Below are positions 26,684 to 35,820 of a stretch of DNA of 41,526 nt, piece after piece (position 1 is the first letter of the stretch; each line of letters starts with the position of its first letter). Origin of the DNA: an uncultured Alphaproteobacteria bacterium. Its GTDB lineage: Bacteria; Pseudomonadota; Alphaproteobacteria; MPNO01; UBA830. The notes under the pieces were generated by a model, which was given only the letters and a program-made list of their open reading frames with translations, had not been told where the DNA came from and ran no database searches. Location: assembly GCA_905479125.1 (NCBI GenBank), contig CAJQLI010000022.1, positions 1 to 41,526 of the forward strand. The letters run 5' to 3'. A program made the position numbers and the translations under genes.

Positions 26684-27439
26684 TCAGTGCATCGCAGAGC
26701 CGCCATCGACGACCAGTGTTTGGCCTGTGATGAAATCGGAATCCTGTGATGAGAAGAACACAAGAGCGCCAATCAGGTCTTCTGGCAGTTGTTCGCGTTT
26801 GATTGCACGTGACGCGGTATTACCATCCTTGACGGCGGTCCACTGATCATCGTTGATCACTTTTTCGCTCATGGTCAGGCCGGGCGCGATACAGTTGACA
26901 GTAATGCCGTCATCGCCGACTTCACGGGCAAGCGCGCGGGTAAATGCAATCTGCGCACCTTTCGAGCTTACATAGTGGAGCAGCATCGGGGTGCCCTTGA
27001 ACACGGTACCAGACGCGATATTGATGATCTTGCCGTAACCGTTCTTTTTCATTTCAGGGACGGCGGCCTTGCTGCAGCTGAAGACGCCGCGCGTATTGAC
27101 CTGCATCACGCGGTCCCATTCGGTTTCATCGATATCCAGGAACGAGCCTTGTTTCAGGTCGGCAAACAGGGCTGCGTTATTGACCAGGATGTCGAGCCGT
27201 CCATAGGTGTCCACCGTCTCGGCGACCATGGCTTTGATGTTGTCCGGGTCCGTCACATCGCAGTGTATACCGATGGCCTCGCCACCTGCCTGCTTGATAA
27301 TGTTAACGGTTGTTTCGGTGTCAACAATGTCGGTGACCGCGACCTTCGCGCCCTCGGCCGCAAGAACTTTTGCATATTCAACGCCGATTCCGCGTCCGCC
27401 ACCGGTTACGATGGCTACTTTTCCGTCAAGTCTTCCCAT
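26684..27439 (-). CDS. Classical short-chain dehydrogenase/reductase (SDR)
   Basis: TGGGRGIG, NNAA, IAS, YVSSK (YxxxK), VNCIAPG, GQTLVVDGG. Confidence 0.95.
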   Translation of the reverse strand: MGRLDGKVAIVTGGGRGIGVEYAKVLAAEGAKVAVTDIVDTETTVNIIKQAGGEAIGIHCDVTDPDNIKAMVAETVDTYGRLDILVNNAALFADLKQGSFLDIDETEWDRVMQVNTRGVFSCSKAAVPEMKKNGYGKIINIASGTVFKGTPMLLHYVSSKGAQIAFTRALAREVGDDGITVNCIAPGLTMSEKVINDDQWTAVKDGNTASRAIKREQLPEDLIGALVFFSSQDSDFITGQTLVVDGGSAMH

Positions 27440-27470
27440 TTTATTCTCCGTTCATTTATGCGGGGTCGAG

Positions 27471-27521
27471 TCCGGTCCCGTGTTATTCCGGTCCCATGAT
27501 ATTCCGGCCTGATGTTATTCC
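27471..27521. repeat. Three imperfect 16-bp tandem repeats between livF and the SDR gene
   Basis: TCCGGTCCCGTGTTAT / TCCGGTCCCATGATAT / TCCGGCCTGATGTTAT / TCC. Confidence 0.75.
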
Positions 27522-28222
27522 AAGCCAAGGAACTTGTTCGAAAAGCCGGGATCATTCAAGAGCGTGTCTTTCGCACCGTCGAGCACGGACCGCCCATTCT
27601 CAATCACATAGGCATGTTCGACAAAGTCGAGCGCCCTGTGAATATTCTGTTCGACCAGCAGCATGGTGACGCCCTCATCGGATATCCGGCGTAGCGCTTC
27701 CATCACTTCGTCTACCAGGATCGGCGCAACGCCCAGGAACGGCTCGTCCAGGAGCAGCAGGTCGGGCGATGACATCAGGGCCCGGCAGATCGCCAGCATT
27801 TGTTGCTGCCCGCCGGACAACGTGCCGGCCATATCGTTGTGCTTTTGTTTCAGGATCGGGAATAGGGCGAAGGCGTGGTCGATATTATCTGCCACACCGG
27901 CGCGTGCAGATTTCGTATAGGCACCCATCTCCAGGTTTTCGCGGACCGTCATTTCACCGAACAGGCGCCTGCCTTCGGGGACCAGGGCTATCCCGGATTC
28001 GACGTTCAGCGGCGGCGAATTTCCCACGATAGAATGCCCGTCATAGCGGATATCGCCCTCCGACGGTGGATAGATACCTAGGATGGCGCCGAGCGTTGTT
28101 GATTTTCCGGCTCCGTTTGCGCCGAGCAGACCGACGCGTGCGCCCGTATCGACATTCAGCGAGAGGTCCCATATCGCCCGTAGTTTCCCATGATCGACGG
28201 CAAGGTTCTCAATCGTCAGCAT
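27515..28222 (-). CDS. livF: Branched-chain amino acid-type ABC transporter ATPase
   Basis: GANGAGKST, VPEGRRLF, ENLEMGAY, LSGGQQQM, LLDEP, VEQN. Confidence 0.93.
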   Translation of the reverse strand: MLTIENLAVDHGKLRAIWDLSLNVDTGARVGLLGANGAGKSTTLGAILGIYPPSEGDIRYDGHSIVGNSPPLNVESGIALVPEGRRLFGEMTVRENLEMGAYTKSARAGVADNIDHAFALFPILKQKHNDMAGTLSGGQQQMLAICRALMSSPDLLLLDEPFLGVAPILVDEVMEALRRISDEGVTMLLVEQNIHRALDFVEHAYVIENGRSVLDGAKDTLLNDPGFSNKFLGLE

Positions 28223-29970
28223 TACACGGCCTCCGGAGCAGCGGAGCCGAGATAGGTACGTAGCACGCGCTCGTCCCTGACAACGTCATCCAGCGGCCCA
28301 TCGGCGATGATCGAGCCCTGTTCCATCACAATCACACGGTCGACCACCTGGGCCAGTGCCGAAAAGATGTGTTCGACCCAGATGATTGTGATCCCGTAAT
28401 TGTCGCGCAGTTCGCGGATGTGATTGACGAAGTTTCGTACTTCCATCGGGGTCAGGCCTGATGCCACTTCGTCGACCAGTAACAGCCTGGGTCGACAGGC
28501 GAGGGCGCGGGCCAGTTCCAACGCCTTTTTCTGTTGCAGGTTCAGCGAATCCGCGCGGGCTGACAGGTGGTCCGTCAGCCCGACATATTCGGCGAACTGT
28601 GTTGCGAGACCCAGTGCATCCGGGAGTGACGCGGATACTGCGCCGCGATACATAAGCGGCATCGCTATATTTTCAGCGACGGTCAGGTCCGAGAATGGCT
28701 GCGGTATCTGGAACGTCCGTCCGATCCCCAGTTTGGATGCGTCGTCGCGGCGGGCGCCGGCCAGATTCTGGCCGAGGAAAATAATGTCTCCGGATTTCTG
28801 CTCGAATACCTTGGAGATGCAGTTGAAAAGGGTCGTCTTCCCGGACCCGTTCGTGCCCACAAGGCCGACAATCTCGCCTGCATTGATTGTCAGGCTGATG
28901 TTGTCGACGGCGACATTGCCGCCGAACGCCATCGTGAGATTGCGGCATTCGAGAACCGGTTGCCCTTTCATGTCTGACTGTTTCGGCAGAGGGAGCCCGT
29001 CTGTCATCGTGACACCTGCCGTGGCTTTCACGAACCGGTCATGTTCTCGTCCCAGGAAGCCGATCCACCTGTTATTGCGGATAATTCCGCTGCGCAGCAG
29101 CCCGCCCGGCATGTACCGGCCGATCAGAAGTAACAGCAGACCGAAAATTGCGGTTTGCAAAATCGGCAGGCTGACGATCAGCAACTGGTTGAACAGTGAC
29201 AGGATGATCACGCCGACCACGGCGCCCCACAAGAGCCCGGACCCTCCGAGAAGCGCCATGGCAATCGGGATCAGTGCGACATCAAGCCCGAACACGGTGG
29301 TCGGGTCGATATAAGAGAGCTGCCAGCCCTGAAGTGCGCCCGCGAGAGACGCAAAACCCGCAGACATGATCAGCACCCCGGACTTGGCCGGGAATATTCT
29401 TATGCCGCAGATCTCGGCTGCTTCTTCATCATTGCGGATTGCTTTGAGCGCGTAACCGAACCGGGTCCGTATCAGCCAGACGGTTGCGATGGCGGTCAGT
29501 CCCACGAGTCCAATTGCGAGGTAATAGGCCTCGAACAAAACGTATTTCGGCGGCAGAACAACGCCGTCGGCGCCACCGGTAAAATCGAAGTTGAAGGCAA
29601 GAAGTTCTGTGAGTGGCAATATCGCGAGCGTCGCAAAGGCAAAGTAATCGCCGCGCAGGCGGAACAGCGGGAAGCTGACGACCAGTGCCACGATCGAGGT
29701 GACCACCACGGCGATCACGAAGCAAAGCGCGATCGGAATACCGTTCAGCAGCGACAGGCAGAACGCATACGCGCCGATGCCGTAAAAGGCGAAATGCGCG
29801 AGATTGATATAGCCTGCCTCGCCGCCGACCCAGTCCCAGCTCTGGGCGAGGGTGTAGGAGATCAGCATGGTGAACAGAAGCGTCGTCGTGTAGGCGCTGC
29901 CCGATGTGGGGATCAGTGCCAGCGCGGCAAGAACGAAGGCGCCGCCGAGCCAGTAACGATAATTGCTCAT
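28222..29970 (-). CDS. Fused LivM-type permease + LivG-type ATPase
   Basis: RLRGDYFAFAT and ALKAIRNDEEAA permease motifs, then GTNGSGKTT, RTFQ, LLVDE and VEH; ATG 29970 overlaps the livH stop (ATGA). Confidence 0.9.
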   Translation of the reverse strand: MSNYRYWLGGAFVLAALALIPTSGSAYTTTLLFTMLISYTLAQSWDWVGGEAGYINLAHFAFYGIGAYAFCLSLLNGIPIALCFVIAVVVTSIVALVVSFPLFRLRGDYFAFATLAILPLTELLAFNFDFTGGADGVVLPPKYVLFEAYYLAIGLVGLTAIATVWLIRTRFGYALKAIRNDEEAAEICGIRIFPAKSGVLIMSAGFASLAGALQGWQLSYIDPTTVFGLDVALIPIAMALLGGSGLLWGAVVGVIILSLFNQLLIVSLPILQTAIFGLLLLLIGRYMPGGLLRSGIIRNNRWIGFLGREHDRFVKATAGVTMTDGLPLPKQSDMKGQPVLECRNLTMAFGGNVAVDNISLTINAGEIVGLVGTNGSGKTTLFNCISKVFEQKSGDIIFLGQNLAGARRDDASKLGIGRTFQIPQPFSDLTVAENIAMPLMYRGAVSASLPDALGLATQFAEYVGLTDHLSARADSLNLQQKKALELARALACRPRLLLVDEVASGLTPMEVRNFVNHIRELRDNYGITIIWVEHIFSALAQVVDRVIVMEQGSIIADGPLDDVVRDERVLRTYLGSAAPEAV

Positions 29971-30845
29971 TTCGACTTCCGCCACCCGAAGCCCTGCGGG
30001 AAGATCACCAGGATCACCAGCAGTAATACGATTGAAATCGCCGGGGCCCATTGGGTCGCCCAGAAGAATGATGTGAAGCCCTCGGCAAGGCCGAGGAAGA
30101 TACCCGCGATCAGTGCGCCGACCAGGTTACCGATTCCCCCCAGTATGATGATGGTGAATGCCTTAACCGTGAGCGAAAAACCCATATAGGGATCGACTGG
30201 AAACAGCATTGTATAGAGTACCGCGGCGATCGCGACGATGCCGGATCCGAACGCGAAGGTCAGTGCGTGTACGCGGTCTGCCTGGACGCCGCAGATCGTG
30301 GCGCCGGTATGATCCTGGGTCACCGCCCGCATGGCGCGTCCGAACCAGCTCTTTTTTATGTAAAAATGCAGGACGATCGTAAAAACGATTATTCCGCCGA
30401 GAATCCAGGCTTGGGTTGTCGATACGATGACGTCGCCGAATTCCATTGCTTCGAAGCGGAGCGGGATATTTCGGGGTGCAGGGCCGGCAATCCAGGCTGC
30501 AACGTCGGACAGGATCAGAAGTGCCCCCACCGTTACCAGCACTGACCCGACCGTGTATTCGAAATGACTTCGTTTGGTCAGCGGCTGAAGCAGTTTGTCG
30601 TAAAACACGTAGCCGAATAAACCAAGAACCGGCACCAGCAGCGCCATAATCAGCAACGGATTCCAGGCCGTTGCCGTGAAAATGGCGCTTGCCGCGACAC
30701 CACCCACGGCCAGCAATGTGCCGTGGGCGAAGTTGAGGATACGTGCGACGCCATAGATCAGTGACAGCCCGAAGGCGACCATAGCGTAGAGCCCGCCGAG
30801 CAGTATTCCGCCCAGCGCGATCTGGATGATAATGGAGGCGTCCAT
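29967..30845 (-). CDS. livH: Branched-chain amino acid-type ABC permease
   Basis: GGLYAMVAFGLSLIYGVARILNFAHG, GRAMRAV, ILGGIGN..GAL. Confidence 0.93.
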   Translation of the reverse strand: MDASIIIQIALGGILLGGLYAMVAFGLSLIYGVARILNFAHGTLLAVGGVAASAIFTATAWNPLLIMALLVPVLGLFGYVFYDKLLQPLTKRSHFEYTVGSVLVTVGALLILSDVAAWIAGPAPRNIPLRFEAMEFGDVIVSTTQAWILGGIIVFTIVLHFYIKKSWFGRAMRAVTQDHTGATICGVQADRVHALTFAFGSGIVAIAAVLYTMLFPVDPYMGFSLTVKAFTIIILGGIGNLVGALIAGIFLGLAEGFTSFFWATQWAPAISIVLLLVILVIFPQGFGWRKSK

Positions 30846-30889
30846 GGTGGTTATGCCATGGATGCCGGGTGACCAACGTCAGTCATGAT

Positions 30890-32104
30890 CTATTGCCAGC
30901 TGGGCGACGGATAGACGAATTTTCCGGTGGCGATCTCCGGAGGCCAGACGATCACTGGTTTACCGTTCTGCACCTGCAGCGTGAAGGCGCCGTTCTTGTG
31001 GGCATAACCGTTTTCGTTGAACTCTATCTGGCCAGTCGGTGAATCAAACGTGCCTTTGAAGAGCGCGGCCCGGACTTTTTCCCGATCGACGGTCCCGGCG
31101 CGTTCGACGGCCTGAACCATTATCAGATAGGCGGATATCCGGGACATCGTCCACGGATATTCGAACATGTCGACGTTGGCGCGTTTCACCAGCTCCTCGG
31201 TAAAATCACTGTATGGCCCCTTTACGCCGGGGTACCAGGGAATTTCACCGGTAACGCCTTCCAGGTCATTGCCTACTTGCTTGTGGAGCTTTCCCGATAG
31301 CAGCGCGTGATGCACGTCCTTTGCTTTGGTTTTAAGCCGCCGCATTTGCTGGATCAGCGGCACGGACGGGCTGTCGAAGGACGAGATATAGATGATATCC
31401 GGTTTACGGATACGCAGCTTGAGCACCAGTGACGTGAAATCCTTCAGTTCGACCGAAAACAATTCATTGCCCAGAACCTTGTATCCGAGCGAGGCTGCTT
31501 TCTTGCTCCAGAATCCCGTAAGCGCTTTGGTGACCGGGTTGTCCTGGGTGATGAAGTAGATCGTCTTTGGCCGCGGTGTCTGTTTGGACATCATGTCGAA
31601 ATATCGGGTCGACCAGTTCGGCACGGTCGGCATCGGTGTGCCCCACATGTATTTCAGTCCGCGCTTGAAGATTGGCGGTGCGGCGACATTGGCCATTACC
31701 ATCGGAATTTTATGCTTTTCGGCTACCGGCGGTACCGGAAACCCCATCGCCGACCAGTCCGGCCCGACGAAGAAATCGACCTTGTCGACCGTCGCCATGC
31801 GCTCAAACAGGCTGACCGCGGTCGAGGGCACACTCTGGTCATCATAGATGATGATCTTCAGGGGCAGTTTTTTGCCGCAGCCTTTCAGATTTACCCCGCC
31901 GTTCTCGTTGATCATCTTGGCGAACTCGATGGTCATGTTGCGCCATTTATCGGCAAGCGTGGAATACCGTCCGGTCGACGAAATCGTGGTGCCGAAAGTT
32001 ACCGGTTCGGTGCAGCTTCCCACCGTCGCGTGGGCCGGCGTGATAAGGGATGTTGCGGCAAGCGCTGCCGTTCCCAGGGCAAATAAGCCAATCGTGTATT
32101 TCAT
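30890..32104 (-). CDS. Liv-type (periplasmic binding protein type 1) ABC substrate-binding protein
   Basis: Signal peptide MKYTIGLFALG..AHA; INENGGV, IYDDQS, AVERAGTVD.EKVR; GGAGGA SD before ATG 32104. Confidence 0.9.
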   Translation of the reverse strand: MKYTIGLFALGTAALAATSLITPAHATVGSCTEPVTFGTTISSTGRYSTLADKWRNMTIEFAKMINENGGVNLKGCGKKLPLKIIIYDDQSVPSTAVSLFERMATVDKVDFFVGPDWSAMGFPVPPVAEKHKIPMVMANVAAPPIFKRGLKYMWGTPMPTVPNWSTRYFDMMSKQTPRPKTIYFITQDNPVTKALTGFWSKKAASLGYKVLGNELFSVELKDFTSLVLKLRIRKPDIIYISSFDSPSVPLIQQMRRLKTKAKDVHHALLSGKLHKQVGNDLEGVTGEIPWYPGVKGPYSDFTEELVKRANVDMFEYPWTMSRISAYLIMVQAVERAGTVDREKVRAALFKGTFDSPTGQIEFNENGYAHKNGAFTLQVQNGKPVIVWPPEIATGKFVYPSPSWQ

Positions 32105-32405
32105 CTTGGTTTCCTCCCAGGCTGCGCGATAGCGGTTTTTTGCTTTGCGGCGCAGCGTTGAACACACAGAATAGGGTTTCGCGAACGGCGATCCCGTCGG
32201 AAACAAACAACTCCAATCGGTTCTGGCGTAATTTACGTATGGACTAACGCATGGATAAGTCATCAAGTTCACCGTCCCTTCGCCGGCATTATCCGGTGCA
32301 GGTTCCAGGGGTCGTTCGATGATCGAACCTCTCAGCCGTTACTGGCGGCTCCCCCCGATGGAAGCCCGAATTATGCGCGGGCGATTTTGAGATGACAAGC
32401 AGGGA

Positions 32406-34127
32406 ATGAATTCTCAGATGAACGATACAGTTTATGATTACGTGATCGTCGGCGGCGGGTCTGCCGGGTGCGTGCTTGCAGGCCGCCTGAGCGCCCGGTC
32501 ATCAAACCGCGTTTTGCTGGTTGAGGCCGGTACTGATTACGCGCCCGATAATCTGCCGGAACAGCTGCAGGACGGGTTCGCGGGTGTGGCCTATAACGAC
32601 CTGCGCTTTATCTGGAACAAGCTTCGCGTCACGGTCCCGCCGCGCCCCGGTAACCTGCCCGATACCCGCCCTGACAAACTGTATCAGCAGGCCCGTGTGA
32701 TGGGCGGTGGATCGTCCATCAACGGTATGATGGCGAACCGGGGAAGCCCGCTGGATTACAATGAATGGGTTGATCGCGGCGCCGCCGGCTGGGGCTGGGA
32801 TGATGTCCTGCCGTTCTTCAAGAAGCTCGAATCGGACCGGGATTTCGACGGGCCTTATCATGGCAAGGATGGCCCGATCGGAGTGCGGCGCCTGTTTCCT
32901 GATATCTGGCCCGGCTACACGAAGGCGATCATGCAGGCAGCCGATGACGAAGGCTTTGCCTATCTTGAAGATATGAACGCCGATTTCGCCGATGGCTACT
33001 TTCCCATCACGATCTCGAACATCGACGACAAGCGTGTATCGGCGAATGTCGCCTATCTCACGATGGAGGTCCGCGCCCGCCCCAATCTCGATATCCTCGA
33101 TCAGGCGGAGGTACAGCAGCTTAATTTCGATGGCCGGAAGATTGCCGGTCTGCGGGTCAAACGTCCCGACGGTGAGCGGACGATCCGGGCGAATGAAGTG
33201 ATCGTTTCGGGTGGCGCGACGCATTCTCCGGCGATCCTGATGCGGTCCGGCGTCGGTCCTGCGGCGCAGCTGTCCCATCTTGGTATAGACGTTGTCGCCG
33301 ACCGTCAGGGGGTCGGTCAGAACCTGATGGAACATCCCGGTGTGTCGATGGCGTCCTACATGAAACCGGATGCGCGCCTGCCCAAAGGCATGCGCCGCCA
33401 GATGATCGCGGCGATGCGGTTTTCATCCGGTGTCGAAGGCTGCGGCGAGAACGACATGTTTATCGTGCCGACGAATAAATCGGTATGGCATGCGCTCGGT
33501 GACCGCATCGGCGCCGTGATGGTGTGGATCAACAAGTCGTATTCGACCGGCGAAGTGACGCTGAATTCCGCCGACCCGGGGATCGAGCCCAATGTCGATT
33601 TCAACATGTGCTCCGACGAGCGCGACCTGGTGCGGCTGGTCAGGGCGACGCGCCTGCTGGCAAAGCTGCATGAAAACCCTGCCGTGACCGGTGCGGTACA
33701 TGACGTCTTCCCCGCCGCCTATTCGGAGCGGGTGCGCAAAGTCGGGGAATTCAACAATTCGAACCGGATCAAGACATGGATTGCCGCACAGCTCATGGAT
33801 CTCGGCGGGCCGGTGCGCCGCAGCTTCATCAATAACGTGATTCTCGAAGGGCCGACACTGTCCGAGCTATTGCACGACGACGACACCATCGCCGACTGGA
33901 TCCGCACCACCGTCACCGGTCACTGGCATGCATCCTGCACATGCCGTATGGGGGCATCAGATGATCCCGGTGCGGTGACCGACCCGTCCGCGCGGGTTTA
34001 CGGCGTTGAAGGCCTGCGGGTCTGCGACACGTCGATCATGCCCTGCGTGCCGCGTGCCAACACGAACATCCCGACCATAATGATGGCGGAAAAGGTGGCC
34101 GACACGATTTTGGCGGAAGCGGGTTAG
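32406..34127 (+). CDS. GMC family FAD oxidoreductase, HmfH/HMFO (aryl/furyl alcohol oxidase)-like
   Basis: DYVIVGGGSAG, GGGSSINGM..NRG, SPAILMRSGVG, WHASCTCRMG, ANTNIPT; start 32406 or 32418. Confidence 0.9.
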   Translation: MNSQMNDTVYDYVIVGGGSAGCVLAGRLSARSSNRVLLVEAGTDYAPDNLPEQLQDGFAGVAYNDLRFIWNKLRVTVPPRPGNLPDTRPDKLYQQARVMGGGSSINGMMANRGSPLDYNEWVDRGAAGWGWDDVLPFFKKLESDRDFDGPYHGKDGPIGVRRLFPDIWPGYTKAIMQAADDEGFAYLEDMNADFADGYFPITISNIDDKRVSANVAYLTMEVRARPNLDILDQAEVQQLNFDGRKIAGLRVKRPDGERTIRANEVIVSGGATHSPAILMRSGVGPAAQLSHLGIDVVADRQGVGQNLMEHPGVSMASYMKPDARLPKGMRRQMIAAMRFSSGVEGCGENDMFIVPTNKSVWHALGDRIGAVMVWINKSYSTGEVTLNSADPGIEPNVDFNMCSDERDLVRLVRATRLLAKLHENPAVTGAVHDVFPAAYSERVRKVGEFNNSNRIKTWIAAQLMDLGGPVRRSFINNVILEGPTLSELLHDDDTIADWIRTTVTGHWHASCTCRMGASDDPGAVTDPSARVYGVEGLRVCDTSIMPCVPRANTNIPTIMMAEKVADTILAEAG

Positions 34128-34522
34128 CCCTTCCGCGTCGACGCGGCGATCATCTCCACTTCCACCAGCAGTTTGGGAGTTGCCAGTCCGGCGACCACCA
34201 GCAGGGTCGACGTGGGCCGGTTCTCGCCCAGGTATTCCTCGCGGATCGCGTTATAGGCCGGAATATGCGCCGGATCGGTCAGGAAATGCGTGATCTTCAC
34301 CACGTCACTGATGCGCAGCCGATTGTGTTCGAGGATGGCGAGGCAGTTATTCCAGGCATTCCGTGCCTGGGAGTCGAAATCGTCCGGGATGTTGCCGTCA
34401 AAATCCACCCCGATCTGACCCGCTGTATAGGTGATCTTCGCATTCTCGGGAATTTCCACGCCATGGGCATAGGGCCCCGCCGGTGGCTGCATCTTTTCAG
34501 GATAAAAGGCACGATTTTCCAT
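34124..34522 (-). CDS. RidA/YjgF/UK114 family protein
   Basis: PYAHG, TAGQIG, QARNAW.N, DVVK, R..Y....PTSTL, LVEVEMIA; GAGG SD before ATG 34522. Confidence 0.9.
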   Translation of the reverse strand: MENRAFYPEKMQPPAGPYAHGVEIPENAKITYTAGQIGVDFDGNIPDDFDSQARNAWNNCLAILEHNRLRISDVVKITHFLTDPAHIPAYNAIREEYLGENRPTSTLLVVAGLATPKLLVEVEMIAASTRKG

Positions 34523-34700
34523 GGTGGTTTCCTCTATGTGTCGATCAGGTTCGATGACTATTCTATAGGAAGCCGGGGCGACCGCGGCAAGCGCCACCTG
34601 AAGATGAATTTGCAATTTGGTGCCGAGACCCCCTAAAATGCTGTCTGACAGCGAGAAATTCAGGGCAGACCGAGCGTCTGTCCAATACAGGAGAAACCGC

Positions 34701-35768
34701 ATGTTTCTGAAAGATACCTGGTATGTCTGCGCACAGCCCGAGGAAGTCACCCGGACACCGATGGCGCGCACAATCTGTAATGAAAACCTGGTCTTCTGGC
34801 GCAAGGAAGACGGCACACCGATCGTGTTCGAGGATCGCTGCTGCCATCGGCGGATGCCGTTATCGAAGGCGAATCTCGTCGGCGACCAGATGGAATGCTA
34901 CTATCACGGCCTGCGTTTCGACGAGGACGGCAAATGCGTGCATGTCCCCGGACAGACCACGATCCCGCCGGGAGCGCAGGTTCAGAAATATCCGATTGTT
35001 GAAAAATACAACTGGATGTGGATCTGGATGGGCGATCCCGCGCTTGCGGATGAAGACCTGATTGTACCCTACCCCTGGAAGACTGCGGATGACTGGGGCG
35101 ACAAGGGCACCTATTTTTACGTCAAAGCCGATTACAAGCTCGTCGTCGACAATTTGCTTGATCTGTCGCATCTGGGCTTCGTGCATCGTTCCACCATCGG
35201 TAATGCTGCCGTTGCCGAGGCCGCCCGTGTCCGGACGCTGAAGGACGACGATTCTGTCACCGTTGCGCGCTGGACTGTCGGTCAGCCTCCGGCACCGACC
35301 TATCAGAAGATGGGCGGCTGGACCGAGGATGACATCGTCGATCGCTGGCAGATCATCGAATTCCGGATGCCGGGCGCGGTGCGCCTGTTCACGGGTGCTG
35401 CGCCGGGCGCTGCCGAAGGCAAGGAATTCGGGTTTACCGAGATCGACCGTGATGTGCCCGAAGGCGGGTTCGGTTTCCACAATCTCAACTTCGTGACCCC
35501 GGAAACCGAGAACACGACGCATTATTTCTGGTCCAATGCCTATCAGGTTCAGGGTCAGCCGGTGTCGGAAGAAATGACCGAGCTTTCCTACAGGCAGATT
35601 TTCACAGCCTTTCACCAGGATTGGGAAGTCTTCAACAAGCAGCAGGAAAACTGGGACGACAAGCCCACGATCGACACCGTCCAGGATGCGGGCTCAATCG
35701 CTGCGCGCGCCATGATCGATCGCAAGATTGCGGAAGAACAGGGCCAGATGGCGGTCGCTGCCGAGTAA
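34701..35768 (+). CDS. Rieske non-heme iron oxygenase alpha subunit (VanA-like demethylase/monooxygenase group)
   Basis: Rieske CCHR..CYYHG; mononuclear Fe DNLLDLSHLGFVH..QD; AGGAG SD before ATG 34701. Confidence 0.92.
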   Translation: MFLKDTWYVCAQPEEVTRTPMARTICNENLVFWRKEDGTPIVFEDRCCHRRMPLSKANLVGDQMECYYHGLRFDEDGKCVHVPGQTTIPPGAQVQKYPIVEKYNWMWIWMGDPALADEDLIVPYPWKTADDWGDKGTYFYVKADYKLVVDNLLDLSHLGFVHRSTIGNAAVAEAARVRTLKDDDSVTVARWTVGQPPAPTYQKMGGWTEDDIVDRWQIIEFRMPGAVRLFTGAAPGAAEGKEFGFTEIDRDVPEGGFGFHNLNFVTPETENTTHYFWSNAYQVQGQPVSEEMTELSYRQIFTAFHQDWEVFNKQQENWDDKPTIDTVQDAGSIAARAMIDRKIAEEQGQMAVAAE

Positions 35769-35786
35769 TTACGGCGTTATCGAATT

Positions 35787-35820
35787 AAAACGGCGGTCCT
35801 GCGCGGGGCCGCCGTTTTTT
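35787..35820. terminator. Bidirectional intrinsic terminator between convergent genes
   Basis: AAAACGGCGGTCC-loop-GGGCCGCCGTTTTTT with an A-tract before and a T-tract after. Confidence 0.88.

Noticed and set aside
27471-27521. Tandem repeats as a mini-CRISPR array
   Set aside because: Units are contiguous 16-mers with no spacers and there are no cas genes
30859-30888. TGGATGCCGGGT...CATGA resembling a degenerate alphaproteobacterial REP
   Set aside because: The internal palindrome is not retained; too degenerate to support
32105-32272. Upstream extensions of the SBP ORF (likewise for RidA 34523-34816, Rieske 34617-34700 and AA_synth 39555-39707)
   Set aside because: Downstream ATGs have clear SD sequences and coincide with the signal peptide or domain start
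34610-34626. Sigma54-like GGCAC..TTGCA on the minus strand upstream of the RidA gene
   Set aside because: GG-to-GC spacing is 9 nt instead of the strict 10
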